From a bacterium (GTDB lineage Bacteria; Zhuqueibacterota; Zhuqueibacteria; Residuimicrobiales; Krinioviventaceae), in contig CAXXMD010000003.1 of the NCBI GenBank assembly GCA_963675755.2, positions 992,001 through 1,056,000 on the forward strand: a stretch of DNA of 64,000 bases. Reading direction: 5' to 3'. Each line of letters starts with the position of its first letter. The stretch's first letter is position 1. Below are positions 29,345-40,900 of this stretch, one piece after another. The notes beneath the pieces were generated by a model. It was not told the origin of the DNA and made no database searches. It saw only the letters and a list, made by a program, of their open reading frames with translations. Position numbers and translations under genes: made by a program.

Positions 29345-30718
29345 TTAAAAATAATCTCGCGTTGCTAAAATATAAACAAAAATCATGAGTATTGCAACCG
29401 GGCAAATAAAGCGAATTAAAAATGACCACGCAGATTTAAAATAAAAATGGTTGTTTTCCTTTTCAACTTCACCAAAAACCGATTTGACGCCCCATTTATA
29501 GGCAACAAAAACGGATATTAACAATGCACCCAGTGTAAGCGAATAATTTCCCAGAATTACATTGGCAAGATCCAGAAAACCCATTTTAAACAAGGGTAAA
29601 CTCGACAACCACTTGGAGGCTCCTGTGGATAGTGCTGAGGGAATGCCCAACACAAACGACAACAAACCCAAAATCACGACCGCTTTGGTGCGTGTCCATT
29701 TCCATTCATCAACAACAAAAGAAACAGCCACTTCAAGTAACGATATGGTAGAAGTTAATGCGGCAACACTCAATAATAAAAAGAAACCGGCACCAAAAAT
29801 GTATCCACCTGGAATTTTTGCAAAAATTGAAGGCAATAATACAAAAACAAGACCCGGGCCACCATCAGGGCTCAGTCCCATTGCAAACAATGCTGGAAAT
29901 GTCATCAATCCTGCAATTACAGCAATCAGTGTATCAAACAAACAGACATAGCCGGCAGAGATAATCAAATTCTCTTTTTTTGAAATATAACTTCCATAGG
30001 TAATCATGGCACCCATACCCAGGCTAAGTGAAAACAATGCCTGCCCCAAAGCGCGGCCCACTGTTCCTGCGGTTATCTTGGAGAAATCCGGTTTGAGATA
30101 AAAAGAGAGTCCTTCACCCGCTCCCGGCAAGGTTACTGAACGGATAGTCAACAAAACCAACAGAACAAATAAAACCGGCATTAAAATTTTAGCAGCTTTT
30201 TCAATTCCATTAGACACACCACGCATCACAACCAGGATATTAATCACCAGAAACACAAACAGATAAACGATAACGGTTACGGGTTCTTTGACAAAATTAT
30301 TAAAAATAGATACAGATTCATTGGCAGAGGTTAGCTGGTTAAGATCTCCCATCAATGCTTTAACAAAATACCCAACGGTCCAGCCTGCTATCACAGAATA
30401 ATAAGAAAGAATACCAATACCGGTTATTACTCCCAGCACACCCACAAAAACCCAAAAGGTTTTTGGCGCAAGGGCTTTATAAGCTCCAACAGGATTTCGT
30501 TGCGTTGTTCTTCCCACAGCAAGTTCGGCAATCATGACCGGTGCGCCAATCAATATTACAAATGCAATATATAATAAAACAAACGCAGCACCGCCATTCT
30601 GGCCGGTTACATAGGGAAAACGCCAAATGTTTCCCAATCCAATTGCGGATCCCGCTGCTGCTAATACAAAACCAAAGCGGGAACCCCAGGCCCCTCGTTC
30701 CTGTGATGATTGTAACAC
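29345..30718 (-). CDS. Sodium-dependent transporter (NSS/SNF family)
   Basis: W.SRFGFVLAAAGSAIGLGNIWRFPY, GQALFSLSLG.G.MITYGSY, GPGLVF. Confidence 0.93.
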   Translation of the reverse strand: MLQSSQERGAWGSRFGFVLAAAGSAIGLGNIWRFPYVTGQNGGAAFVLLYIAFVILIGAPVMIAELAVGRTTQRNPVGAYKALAPKTFWVFVGVLGVITGIGILSYYSVIAGWTVGYFVKALMGDLNQLTSANESVSIFNNFVKEPVTVIVYLFVFLVINILVVMRGVSNGIEKAAKILMPVLFVLLVLLTIRSVTLPGAGEGLSFYLKPDFSKITAGTVGRALGQALFSLSLGMGAMITYGSYISKKENLIISAGYVCLFDTLIAVIAGLMTFPALFAMGLSPDGGPGLVFVLLPSIFAKIPGGYIFGAGFFLLLSVAALTSTISLLEVAVSFVVDEWKWTRTKAVVILGLLSFVLGIPSALSTGASKWLSSLPLFKMGFLDLANVILGNYSLTLGALLISVFVAYKWGVKSVFGEVEKENNHFYFKSAWSFLIRFICPVAILMIFVYILATRDYF

Positions 30719-30745
30719 CTATACCTCCATGACTTTCAAATCTTG

Positions 30746-31255
30746 TTAAAACGGAATTGCCAGAGTAAACTGGTATACAGCATATCGATTATTAGCATAA
30801 ATATCTTGTTCATGTTTCATTTGCATACTAACATTTGGGCTGTCATCAAAATCAGCAAGATGTGCATCTACAAATGCATCGGTCACACTATATAATACTA
30901 CACCAGCCAGCCACCAAATTGCCAGGCTTCGGTTTTCACGGTAAAATTCTTTGTCATAATAATAATCAGACTCTTGTGCCCATTGATTCTGCACAATAGC
31001 GTCAATGACTAATCCGACTTCAGTACCACCAATAACCAATCCTTTGAACCACTTTCCATTATAAAACTGCCCTCCTCCCGGAAGAACCAAAGATCGGAGC
31101 ATAGCTCCGCGGGGAGAGCGTGACATTAGTGTATCCTGCACAACAGATACACTATCTGCAGTTAAGGAATCAGTTGAAGTAATGGTCAGCGTTTGTGCAG
31201 AAGAAATTAAGGGGGAAATGACAAACACTATCAAAATCAGAAAGAGCTGTTTCAT
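30746..31255 (-). CDS. DUF5683-like exported/membrane protein
   Basis: Start likely ATG 31255 (MKQLFLILIV); SPRGAMLRSLVLPGGGQFYN and DAFVDAHL motifs. Confidence 0.7.
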   Translation of the reverse strand: MKQLFLILIVFVISPLISSAQTLTITSTDSLTADSVSVVQDTLMSRSPRGAMLRSLVLPGGGQFYNGKWFKGLVIGGTEVGLVIDAIVQNQWAQESDYYYDKEFYRENRSLAIWWLAGVVLYSVTDAFVDAHLADFDDSPNVSMQMKHEQDIYANNRYAVYQFTLAIPF

Positions 31256-31259
31256 CACG

Positions 31260-31649
31260 CTAACCGGCCACCTCGGCAATCGCTTCAATCTCAACAAGTC
31301 CATTTGCAGGAATTTTTCCAGCCTGTAAGGCCAATCTGGCTGGTGGCTCTGTTGGGAAAAAATCAGAATATACAGCATTCATAGCTGCAAAATCTTCAAT
31401 TCTTTGCAGAAAAATAGTTACCTTTAAAACATGATCCATATCTGATCCGGCTGCCAGCAATATTTGTTTAATATTTTCCATGGCCTGACGGGTTTGGTCT
31501 CCCACATTATCTGAAACCAACACACCACTTTTCGGATCAAAACCCAATTGACCTGCGACAAAAATCAGCCCGGCTTTTTCAGATACAACTGCCTGACTAT
31601 AATGCGCCTGAGGCATTGGGGCGTTTTCAGTACTTATAATTTTTTTCAT
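31260..31649 (-). CDS. ridA: RidA/YjgF-family enamine deaminase
   Basis: YSQAV, AGQLG, KVTIFL, FAAMNAVY, PAR, VEIEAIA. Confidence 0.9.
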   Translation of the reverse strand: MKKIISTENAPMPQAHYSQAVVSEKAGLIFVAGQLGFDPKSGVLVSDNVGDQTRQAMENIKQILLAAGSDMDHVLKVTIFLQRIEDFAAMNAVYSDFFPTEPPARLALQAGKIPANGLVEIEAIAEVAG

Positions 31650-31653
31650 TTAA

Positions 31654-32907
31654 TTATCCCGGTTTGTTAGGTTGATAATAATGTAAAAACAGTTCCCATT
31701 TTTTTGAATGTTCCAAATCTTTATCAGCCAGGAGATCTTGAATAGATATTTCTGCCAGCACTTGTTTTTCTTTATCAACAAGCTGAACGCCTTCTTCCAT
31801 AATATTCAAAATTTTATCCAGCTTTATTTTCTTCAAAGCGTTTATATATTTGGTTTCAAATTTGGTTCCGGCATCGTTATCTATCAGCTGCATCACCTTT
31901 TGAAAATCCATTCGGTCTCTGTAATGACGTCGTGAGGTCAAGGCATCAAACACATCCGCAACGGATATGACTTTGCTTAATTCTGGTATCTCATTTCCAC
32001 TCAATCCATTAGGATATCCACTGCCATCAATATTTTCATGATGTGAGGAGGCAATCATGGGAACATTGCGCAATTCTCTTGAAAAATTGATACGCTCCAA
32101 TATACTTTTAGTAAACTTGGGATGATCCTTAATGTGCTCATATTCCTCATTTGTCAATCGGGTTTCTTTTGTCAAAACAGCTTCACGAATGGCAATTTTA
32201 CCATAATCATGCAGCAAAGAAGAAATTCTTAAAACACGGCGGTCCTGCTCACTGAAACCCGCAACCCGGGCAATCAAATCAGCGAACAAGGCAATCCGTT
32301 TCGAATGTCCGGCAGTCAAGGGATCCCGTGCATCAATGGTACTCGCAAGTGTTTCTATAAAGCTGTCAAATGTCTTGATCTGTTCTTCATAGAGCTGGGC
32401 GTTTTCTATTTGGCCGGCGGATAAAACAGCTATTGCAGTCAATAGTTCTTCATCATCTTTATTAAAAGATTCACCATGTTTATTCAAAGTCTGAAAAACA
32501 CCAATAACCTCTCCTTTTTGGTTCCTGAGAGGTGCATTCAAAACATTTCGTGTTTTGTATCCGGTCTTTTTATCGATATTGGGATTAAACCGCGAATCGT
32601 TATAAGCATCTTTAATATTCAATATTTCACCGGTCTCTACTACATGACCGGCAATTCCCGTATTACTGGGGAACCGTATCTCTTTTTCTCCATGTGCAAC
32701 CTTGGACCAGAGCTCTCCTTTTTCTGCATCCAGAATAAATACCGAGCATCTGTCACAATCCAAAACTTTTTTCACTTCATCCATAATCTTCATCAATAAC
32801 CGGTCAATTTCAAGTTCTTTAGAAATATTACGGGTTACACTCAGCAACAGCTCTAATTTAAACTTGTCGCCTCTGGTAAACTCGAATTGTTGAAGTGATT
32901 TATTCAC
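31654..32907 (-). CDS. GAF + HD-GYP phosphodiesterase (c-di-GMP)
   Basis: GAF (DRCSVF...GIAGHV..TGE.LNI.DAY.D.RFN..ID..TGY.T); DARDPLTAGHS, LHDYGK, HHENIDGSGYP, ADVFDALT..RHYR. Confidence 0.9.
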   Translation of the reverse strand: MNKSLQQFEFTRGDKFKLELLLSVTRNISKELEIDRLLMKIMDEVKKVLDCDRCSVFILDAEKGELWSKVAHGEKEIRFPSNTGIAGHVVETGEILNIKDAYNDSRFNPNIDKKTGYKTRNVLNAPLRNQKGEVIGVFQTLNKHGESFNKDDEELLTAIAVLSAGQIENAQLYEEQIKTFDSFIETLASTIDARDPLTAGHSKRIALFADLIARVAGFSEQDRRVLRISSLLHDYGKIAIREAVLTKETRLTNEEYEHIKDHPKFTKSILERINFSRELRNVPMIASSHHENIDGSGYPNGLSGNEIPELSKVISVADVFDALTSRRHYRDRMDFQKVMQLIDNDAGTKFETKYINALKKIKLDKILNIMEEGVQLVDKEKQVLAEISIQDLLADKDLEHSKKWELFLHYYQPNKPG

Positions 32908-32921
32908 ATTTAATGATTTGT

Positions 32922-34106
32922 TTATTCAACCTGATTTTTATTCAAAGGAATTACAAAAGCCATTCCAACAGCATACCAAACCATTGTAACAACTTCAGCG
33001 TCGCCATAGTTCCACTCAAAAAAACCATTTAATAAAAACGCCAGAAAAACCGCCAGGGTTGCCATCACCCAGGCATATTGTAATGAGGGCCCTTGACCAC
33101 CTAAAAATATCTTTTGCTTCCACAGCCTGACAAAAATATTAACCATCATGAACAAAAATGCAGCCAAGCCTACAATACCCAGCGTTACGGCTATGTGCAC
33201 ATAATTGCTGTGAAAATGCCCAACAAGCTCTGTTGTTCCGGGGGGTGCATATTTCTTGTATACCTTTTGTGTACTCATATCACCCACACCTACTATGGGA
33301 TGATCTTTGAAAATCTCCCAGCCAACTGACCACCATGCAATTCGCTTGGCATTGGTACGCCAGGTAGGGTCAAACATGTGCTGAACCCGGGCCGAAAAGG
33401 CATCGGGTCCTAAAAAATAAACAACCGGCATGAGTGCAATAATAGCAATAATCAATTTTCGATTAGAAAAATAAACAATCAGCAGCGCACCCACAAAAAA
33501 CCCCAGCCATGAGCCACGTGTTGAAGTAAGAATAAGGCACATTAAATTGATAAGCGTTAAAACTGCAAAAATCCATTGCCAGGGTTTCTTTTTATACAAC
33601 ACTGCAAGTGCCATTGCTGCAAGAGAACCAATCATGGTAATTCCACCGGCAGTCATGGAATTGTGAATATTTCTCACACGTACGGTAGGATTAGCCAAAA
33701 AGGATTTAATACCCAACAGAGAATAAAACGAAACCGAAAAAACAAATATATATATCAATCGTTTAAATATTTTCTCATCATCCAACTGGGATGATAATAC
33801 ATAAACGATGGGTATTAATAGCAATCGTTTTAAAAATATAAATGACTCGCCAACATTTTGAGAAAAGGGCAAAGAAATCAAAGACGCGGCCACAAACAAT
33901 AAAAATCCCCATTCAAGCTTTAAGGGTTTAAAACGGGTGCCTTTTGTAACAAAAAGACGAAGCAGCCAGAAAAAAATAGCTAGCCCAATACTGCTCTGGG
34001 TAACTGCAATTTTAAATGGCATAAACGCTGCAAAAATATATAAAAACACCACAATCGATTTTTCCGAAAAACGATCAAGCTTGTTCATTTTAGGCGTCAA
34101 TTGCAT
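32922..34106 (-). CDS. O-antigen ligase (WaaL/Wzy_C)-family membrane protein
   Basis: Multi-TM; TSTRGSWLG, R...W...HPIVGVG, HFHSNY...LGIVG. Confidence 0.82.
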   Translation of the reverse strand: MQLTPKMNKLDRFSEKSIVVFLYIFAAFMPFKIAVTQSSIGLAIFFWLLRLFVTKGTRFKPLKLEWGFLLFVAASLISLPFSQNVGESFIFLKRLLLIPIVYVLSSQLDDEKIFKRLIYIFVFSVSFYSLLGIKSFLANPTVRVRNIHNSMTAGGITMIGSLAAMALAVLYKKKPWQWIFAVLTLINLMCLILTSTRGSWLGFFVGALLIVYFSNRKLIIAIIALMPVVYFLGPDAFSARVQHMFDPTWRTNAKRIAWWSVGWEIFKDHPIVGVGDMSTQKVYKKYAPPGTTELVGHFHSNYVHIAVTLGIVGLAAFLFMMVNIFVRLWKQKIFLGGQGPSLQYAWVMATLAVFLAFLLNGFFEWNYGDAEVVTMVWYAVGMAFVIPLNKNQVE

Positions 34107-35991
34107 GCTCCTGTAATCTAAACTGCATATTATATAATTTCTGATACAAACCCTTGTTTTTCACAAGTTCATCGTGACGGCCCTGCTCAACAATTTTGCC
34201 GTTTTCAAGCACAATAATACGGTCCGCATGTAATATTGTGGATAGTCTGTGCGCTATAACAAAAGAGGTACGGTTTTCCATCAAATGTTCTATTGCCTGT
34301 TGTACCAGCAATTCAGATTCTGTATCCAGTGCTGAAGTGGCCTCATCCAGAATCAGTATGGGGGGATTTTTCAATATCGCTCTGGCTATTGCAAGACGTT
34401 GTCGCTGACCTCCGGAAAGGGTTACTCCACGCTCACCTATATTGGTATCATAACCATTGGGTAACGCTTCAATAAAGTCATGGGCATTTGCATTTTTAGC
34501 GGCCTCGACAATCTCATCCATTGTGCGCTCTTCTGCACCATAAGCAATATTATTACGAACAGTATCGTTAAACAAAATGGTTTCCTGAGTTACAATACCC
34601 ATCACCATGCGCAGACAATGCAAGTCGATATTGCGTATGTCAATTCCATCAAGCTCAATAGAACCGCTGTCAGGATCATAAAACCGGGGAATCAGATCAA
34701 CCAGCGTAGATTTACCCGCGCCACTGGGGCCTACAATTGCAAGCACTTCACCCTTTTTTACTCCAACATTAATACCTGACAAAACCTCACTGCCCTTTTT
34801 GTATGAAAAAGAGAGGTCTTTGATCTCTATCTGTCCTTTAAACTCATTTACAAATACCGGTTTCTCAACATTCTGAATAGCAGGTTCCAGATCCAAAACC
34901 TGAAAGATACGCTCACCTGCAGCCAATGCCTCCTGAATCCGGCTGTTTACATTAGACAGCTCTTTAACCGGAGTCATGATGGAGAATATCAGCAATAAAA
35001 ACAAAATAAAATCATCGGGAGACAACAACTGCCCTCTTAAAACCATATCTCCACCAAACCACAAGATACCCACAGCTATGGATGTTCCCAAAAACTCGGT
35101 AAGGGGTGAAGCCAGGTTACGTGTACGCGTGATCTTGACCAGGGTCTTGAAAAAAGCGTGGGTTTCCTTCATAAACTTTTTGATCTCAAAGTTTTCCATG
35201 GCAAAAGCTTTAACAATACGAACACCGGAAATCGTTTCCTGCAAGACCGATGTTACATCTGCCATCTTTTCTTGCGAATGCGCGCTCTGCTTGCGAAGCT
35301 TTATGCTGATCCAACCAATAATGCCCAGGCTGAACGGTGTTACCAGCAATGCAATCAATGTGAGTTGCCAGCTGATAATGGTTGCCCATGTCAGAGAAAA
35401 CAGAATAATCAGCGGGTTTTTCACCAAAGTCACAAAACTTGCGGATACGCCATTGTTCACCAGTGTCACATCGTTGGTGATGCGCGAAATGATCTGACCG
35501 GTACGCGTACCGTGGTAATAACTCAGGGAGAGTTTGTTAATGTGTTTGTACAGATCATTTCGGACATCCCGTATAACCCCCTGCTCCACATAAGCCATAA
35601 AAAAGGATTGAAAATACGAGAATATGTTTTTAAACAACATTAAAAATATAATAAAAATACAAACTCGCTTTAAATTCACATGTCGGTCTGGTGTATTAAA
35701 CATGCTGTAAAGATGGCCTTTAACAAACAGCCACTTATCATTCAAAGACTTTGGTATTGCTTTGTCCATCATAGATGGCGCAGCATCAGTAGATGACTCT
35801 ATTTCTGCCGAATCCATTGTCATCACTTGTGCCGAACTGTTTTCTGCATTGAAAATGGTGTTCAAAAAGGGCATTATACCCATATAAGAAGCACCATTAA
35901 AAAGTGTATACAAAACAATGCACAATATGGAACCTGTTAAGCGCGCCCAGTATGGCCGGATATACCCCAGAATACGAAAAAAAATCTTCAT
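34090..35991 (-). CDS. MsbA-like ABC exporter (TMD + NBD)
   Basis: GPSGAGKST, LSGGQRQR, LDEATSALD, AHRLST; N-terminal TMD. Confidence 0.9.
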   Translation of the reverse strand: MKIFFRILGYIRPYWARLTGSILCIVLYTLFNGASYMGIMPFLNTIFNAENSSAQVMTMDSAEIESSTDAAPSMMDKAIPKSLNDKWLFVKGHLYSMFNTPDRHVNLKRVCIFIIFLMLFKNIFSYFQSFFMAYVEQGVIRDVRNDLYKHINKLSLSYYHGTRTGQIISRITNDVTLVNNGVSASFVTLVKNPLIILFSLTWATIISWQLTLIALLVTPFSLGIIGWISIKLRKQSAHSQEKMADVTSVLQETISGVRIVKAFAMENFEIKKFMKETHAFFKTLVKITRTRNLASPLTEFLGTSIAVGILWFGGDMVLRGQLLSPDDFILFLLLIFSIMTPVKELSNVNSRIQEALAAGERIFQVLDLEPAIQNVEKPVFVNEFKGQIEIKDLSFSYKKGSEVLSGINVGVKKGEVLAIVGPSGAGKSTLVDLIPRFYDPDSGSIELDGIDIRNIDLHCLRMVMGIVTQETILFNDTVRNNIAYGAEERTMDEIVEAAKNANAHDFIEALPNGYDTNIGERGVTLSGGQRQRLAIARAILKNPPILILDEATSALDTESELLVQQAIEHLMENRTSFVIAHRLSTILHADRIIVLENGKIVEQGRHDELVKNKGLYQKLYNMQFRLQEHAIDA

Positions 35992-36002
35992 TTAATTATA
36001 TA

Positions 36003-36185
36003 TTAATCCTTAATTTCTTTATAATCCACATCTTCAACATCCGAATCTGACAAATCCAGAGGCTCATTACTTGATTTTCCATTTACTTCAATATCTGATT
36101 TTTTTGAAGGAAACAGGCTAACAATCAGTTTATATGCCCAATATATTAAAAAAAATAAAAATAAAAACCGAAATAACATTTCCAT
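36003..36185 (-). CDS. Small single-pass membrane protein with acidic tail
   Basis: Hydrophobic N-terminus, DVEDVDYKEIKD C-terminus; fills the gap in the operon. Confidence 0.65.
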   Translation of the reverse strand: MEMLFRFLFLFFLIYWAYKLIVSLFPSKKSDIEVNGKSSNEPLDLSDSDVEDVDYKEIKD

Positions 36186-36206
36186 TTACCTTGAACGCTA
36201 AAGTAC

Positions 36207-36231
36207 AAAAAGAGGGCATAAACCCTCTTTT
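36207..36231 (-). terminator. Intrinsic terminator after dnk
   Basis: AAAAGAGGG...CCCTCTTTT inverted repeat with T-run. Confidence 0.55.
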
Positions 36232-36235
36232 AATA

Positions 36236-36895
36236 TCATTGTTTTTTTGACTTTTGAGCTAAGTGGACCGGAGAATAATACTCTATTCCGTAGTGTGGGC
36301 GCATTATTTGTTTTACAAGATCATCAAACTCAGTATCATTGTTAACAAAATCTATCAAAGTACTGTTGATCACCAGCAGAGGCGTATCATTATAATGAAA
36401 AAAGAACTTGTTATAAGCCTCATTCAATGATTTTATATAATCCATTGAAATATCTTTTTCATAACCCCTACCCCGCTGTCGGATATTGGCCATCAACCGT
36501 TCTGGCGAAGATTGCAAAAACACAACCAGGTCAGGTTTGGGGATATCCTGCTCCAACAAGCTTGCAATTTTATCATACAGAAATAGTTCACGGTCTTCAA
36601 GGTTCAAATGCGCAAAGATTCTGTCTTTGGCAAACAAATAGTCAGATAGCATAATATCATGAAAGAGGTCAGGCTGCACATTTTCCTGCTGCTGACGATA
36701 TCGGCTCAGCAAAAAGAACAATTGCACCTGAAAAGCAAACCGTTGTGGATCTTTATAAAAATCTTTTAAAAACGGATTTTCTTCAGGCTGTTCGTACACT
36801 GTTTTTGCATCAAGATGCTCGCCCAGCATTCGAGTCAAACTGGTTTTCCCGGCGCCTATTACGCCTTCTACACATATATATTTTGGCAAAGACAC
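36236..36895 (-). CDS. Deoxynucleoside kinase (dAK/dGK family)
   Basis: EGVIGAGKTSL, ENPFL..FY, QLFFLLSRY, KDRIFA, RGRGYE. Confidence 0.92.
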   Translation of the reverse strand: MSLPKYICVEGVIGAGKTSLTRMLGEHLDAKTVYEQPEENPFLKDFYKDPQRFAFQVQLFFLLSRYRQQQENVQPDLFHDIMLSDYLFAKDRIFAHLNLEDRELFLYDKIASLLEQDIPKPDLVVFLQSSPERLMANIRQRGRGYEKDISMDYIKSLNEAYNKFFFHYNDTPLLVINSTLIDFVNNDTEFDDLVKQIMRPHYGIEYYSPVHLAQKSKKQ

Positions 36896-36896
36896 A

Positions 36897-37430
36897 TTAA
36901 ACCTCTTTCAGCTTTTCCCAAACAGCGTTTGAGGTTGCATAAAGTTCAATCCTGTTTCTATCAGGGGTCTCTCTTAATAACTGTTCTACAGTCTTGTTTA
37001 ATCCAGGTACCACATATTGCGGTGCAATTTCACACAAAGGAACCAGAACAAACCGTCGCTCCGACAATCCCGGATGTGGCACAACAAGCGTTTCGCTTTT
37101 TAGTACAAGTTGGTCAAAAATCAAAATATCAAGATCCAGTGTTCTGGGGCCCCATTTTTCTTTACGGACCCGTCCCAGCTTTTGCTCGATATCCTGCAAA
37201 TGCGTCAGTAGTGCATCCGGCACCAAATCAGTATGAATCTGCACAACCGCATTCAGAAAGTCTGGTTGCTCTATGCTTCCGAATGGCTCCGTTTCATATA
37301 ATCCGGAAATGCTAACCAGATCACCAAAAAATCGGATTTCCTCAAGAGCGCTATAAATAGAACCTTCCCGATCTCCCTGGTTTGAGCCAATCCCGATAAA
37401 AACGTTTTTGTATTCTTTATGCTTTATCAC
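36897..37430 (-). CDS. folK: 6-hydroxymethyl-7,8-dihydropterin pyrophosphokinase
   Basis: IGIGSNQG, YETEP, QPDFLNAV, KWGPRTLDLDIL, PHP...RRFVL.PL. Confidence 0.96.
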   Translation of the reverse strand: MIKHKEYKNVFIGIGSNQGDREGSIYSALEEIRFFGDLVSISGLYETEPFGSIEQPDFLNAVVQIHTDLVPDALLTHLQDIEQKLGRVRKEKWGPRTLDLDILIFDQLVLKSETLVVPHPGLSERRFVLVPLCEIAPQYVVPGLNKTVEQLLRETPDRNRIELYATSNAVWEKLKEV

Positions 37431-37782
37431 GGGTTATTTCAATTTCTGTACCGTTAGCCAACCCACCCAATGGTGCAACGGGCTTTTTAACTCTAACAGT
37501 AACCTGCTCAATATCCAGCTTGCTTAACAAATTGTCAGCAATATTTTGGCTCAAAGCTTCTATTAAAAAAAAGCGATTATTTACAACACAATCGTAAACA
37601 ATATTGTAAATCTTTCTAACATCAATCGTATCATGCAGTTTATCGGATTGCGCTGATTTGGAACTATCAAAGAGCACTTCAACGTCAACATCAAAGCGTT
37701 GACCATTTCTCTGTTCACTGTCGTCCAGTCCATGATACGCATGAAAGGTCATGCCACGAACTTTAAGTTTATCACGATACAT
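37417..37782 (-). CDS. folB: Dihydroneopterin aldolase
   Basis: FHAYHG...EQ..GQRF.VD, SD.L.DTID, LIEAL, VRVKKP. Confidence 0.93.
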   Translation of the reverse strand: MYRDKLKVRGMTFHAYHGLDDSEQRNGQRFDVDVEVLFDSSKSAQSDKLHDTIDVRKIYNIVYDCVVNNRFFLIEALSQNIADNLLSKLDIEQVTVRVKKPVAPLGGLANGTEIEITRDKA

Positions 37783-37818
37783 TTTTCAAAAAAAATCCAA
37801 AAAATAAAATAAAAAATT

Positions 37819-37847
37819 AATATATTAAAATAACGTACGATTGTCAA
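37819..37847 (-). promoter_or_regulatory. sigma70-type promoter for the folB-folK-dnk operon
   Basis: Minus strand TTGACA-17nt-TATATT. Confidence 0.65.
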
Positions 37848-37998
37848 GCTAAATTAGGTTGGGCACAACGTAAAGGCAAGAAAGCAAGACACTTATGAAA
37901 AGGGATTAATTTACGCACCACTGTCTTTTTTTGGTATTTATTGAACAGTATAAACTTTTTTAACACTTGAAATTGTTACAATAACAGGTATTCTAAAA

Positions 37999-40900
37999 AT
38001 GGAGCGGCAATTGAAATTAAAACATATCGTTGCAATTTTGATCATTTATGCAATTCAACCCTTGTATTCAGCAGCTATCCCACAAGGGGAAAACGCAGAA
38101 CCACCATTTAACGGCGGGGTTGAATATCACAATATAGACAATATAAATACAAATCAGCGTGCTATTTCTTTCAGATCGCTGGACAACGGCCTAAAGGACC
38201 AGCTCTCTGAAAAAGGTATTGCTGTTTCGGGTTCTGACAACTTTAGCCAGATCACAATTCAACTCAATTCAGCTCAAACGCTTGCCGGCAAAATAGATTT
38301 AACGCTTGACCGCAATTTATCAATTTCTCCCGACAATCCCCTTCCGGCATATATCTTTGTTAAAGGGAAAACGGGTTACAAGCTTGTTTCTACAGAAACA
38401 TTCAATCTGGATGGCTCTCTCTCTTCAATTTTTGGCGGTCAGTATACGGATGAAATAACAGTACTTGTTCCTCAAATGGAATCTGATGCACCGTCTCAAA
38501 TTATTGCATCTGCTAATGTGGGCGAGATCATTAATGATGACGCGGTTAAAATCATGTTGCTGGGTGACTCTATTACCTGGGGTGAATACGATAACGCAGA
38601 AGAAGGGCTTCGAAAAAGATTATATGAACGATTAACCAACGCGGGCTACAACTTTGATTTTGTAGGAAGCTGGGGTGAAGCACCTTATGAAGGACATTTC
38701 AGATTTAGTCAAAAAATAGACGATTTTTACCCTCCAGATTTGCTTGGCGGTGACCATGGAAATATGGATGTTACCAATCCCATGAACAATCACAGACCCA
38801 ATATTGTGGCTTTTCATCTGGGGACAAACGACCTTAACAGTCAATACAAAGATGTTGGTCCGTACGAAGAAAACGGAGAGATTATAAATACACAAAGTGG
38901 TGAAGTTGCCGTCTTGATTGATTATCTGTTAAAATGGCATAATGGTGAATTTGGTGAAAACCTGGATTATATCATTGTCAGCCTGATCATACCCATGGAA
39001 GATACTGCTCGCAGCGGAACACTTGAAAAATGTATCGAATTCAATAAAGAAGTAGCCCGCCTTGCCAGAGATTACCGTAACGGTGTTCTAACCGGGCAGC
39101 CTGAACCGGTATACATTTGCGACCATTTCTCTCGTTTACAGGAAAATCCATATATATGGACTAATGAATATTTTGATCCCATGTATGATATGATGCACCC
39201 CACCAAAGAGGGATTGGACACCATGGGAGATACCTATTTCGATGTATTTAACTATATTCTATCCGGTGAGACAAAGTGGTTCCGGGATATCACATGGTAC
39301 GCTGATGTTGCAGGCTTTGCCGACAAGTATCACAGTTACAAAGGTGTATCTCTTGTAGATATCAACCAGGACGGCTATGACGATATTTATGTAACCCGTA
39401 CAGCCAAAGGCGATGCTGACCCCCGTGATGCATTCTATCTCAGCAATCCGCAATTGCCCTATACAGAAAGCGCATTTGACTATCACATTGAAGATGAAGA
39501 AAAAAGTAACAGTTCCGTATTTGTAGACATTGACAATGATGGCGATTTTGACATGTTCAATGGCAGTACGACTGATAGTCCCAACCATTTATACCTGAAC
39601 CAGGACAATCAGGATTTTGAAGATATTAGCACCCTGGCGGGAATACTAAACCAGATCAAAACGACCACATCAACATTGGCATTTGACGCGGAAAATGACG
39701 GTGATATGGACATTCTCGCCATCAATTCCGAGGCATTGAACGAATATTATGTAAATGATGGCAATGGCAGCTTTACTTCAACCGCCAGCAACCTGCGCGA
39801 TGTAGTTGAAGCAGGCAAATACAGCATCTCTGCTTCAGCAGCGGATTTTGATAATGATGGCGATGTTGACATCTTTTTATCAAAACGCGAAACCAACAAC
39901 AAACTTTGGCTAAATGACGGAGCCGGTAACTTTTCTGACGTTGCCGAATTTGCCGGCGTTGAAGGTAATTACGTCAGCCTGAACCACAACGGTGCAAGCT
40001 GGGCAGATCTGGATAACGATGCGGATCTGGACCTGATTTTGGGTGTCAGCCATACCAGCAGCACACCTGATCCCTATTTGCAGGTATATGAAAACCAGGG
40101 TGACGGCACTTTTGATAATATTTCCAATTCTTTAGCCATCCCCATGGATGGGCTTGCTCCCATTATTGGCGATTTTAACAATGATGGATGGGAAGACATT
40201 CTCATTACCAGTGTGGCAGACTATTCGGGACTCTATCTGAACCAGGGCAACTGGACCTTTGCCAAAGAAAACAACAGTGGTACCGAGGTTTATGCCGGTG
40301 ATATGCGTGGCGGTGCACCATTTGATTATGATCTGGATGGCGATTTGGATCTGATTATTACCCGCGCAGACGTTTTTAATGTCATGATGCAAAACAATCT
40401 CAGCAATGGTTACAATTGGTTAAGAGTAAATGCTTATGGACCGGATGGCAATATTGGCGGATACGGTACAAAAATTTGGGTTTACGAATCCGGGCATGTG
40501 GATGATGCAGATTACCTGTTGAGCTATCGTGAAATCACCTCAGGTGCCGGCTATTTCTCGCAATACTCTCCCACACAGCACATTGGTATGGAATTACACA
40601 GCCAATGCGACCTGCTTGCAAGATTCACTGACGGCACCATGGTTGTAATGCGAAATGTTGCGGCTAACCAGACCATTACCATTCGCCCCGAAATCCCTCA
40701 AAATACCGGTACCGATCCCGCTCTATTGGCAGAATACAGCGGCAACAATCAGGAAAAAATTGTAGGACAAACGCTTGACAATCCCATCGTTGTCAAAGTT
40801 ACAGATGATGAAGGCAGACCGGTTGAAGGATCAAGTGTGGCATTTCAAGTTATTGAAGGCGATGCAACCCTGTTTATTCCGGATCTTACCACAGATGCCA

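Noticed and set aside
36236-37782. folB-folK-deoxynucleoside kinase cluster
   Set aside because: A common, well-known gene arrangement.
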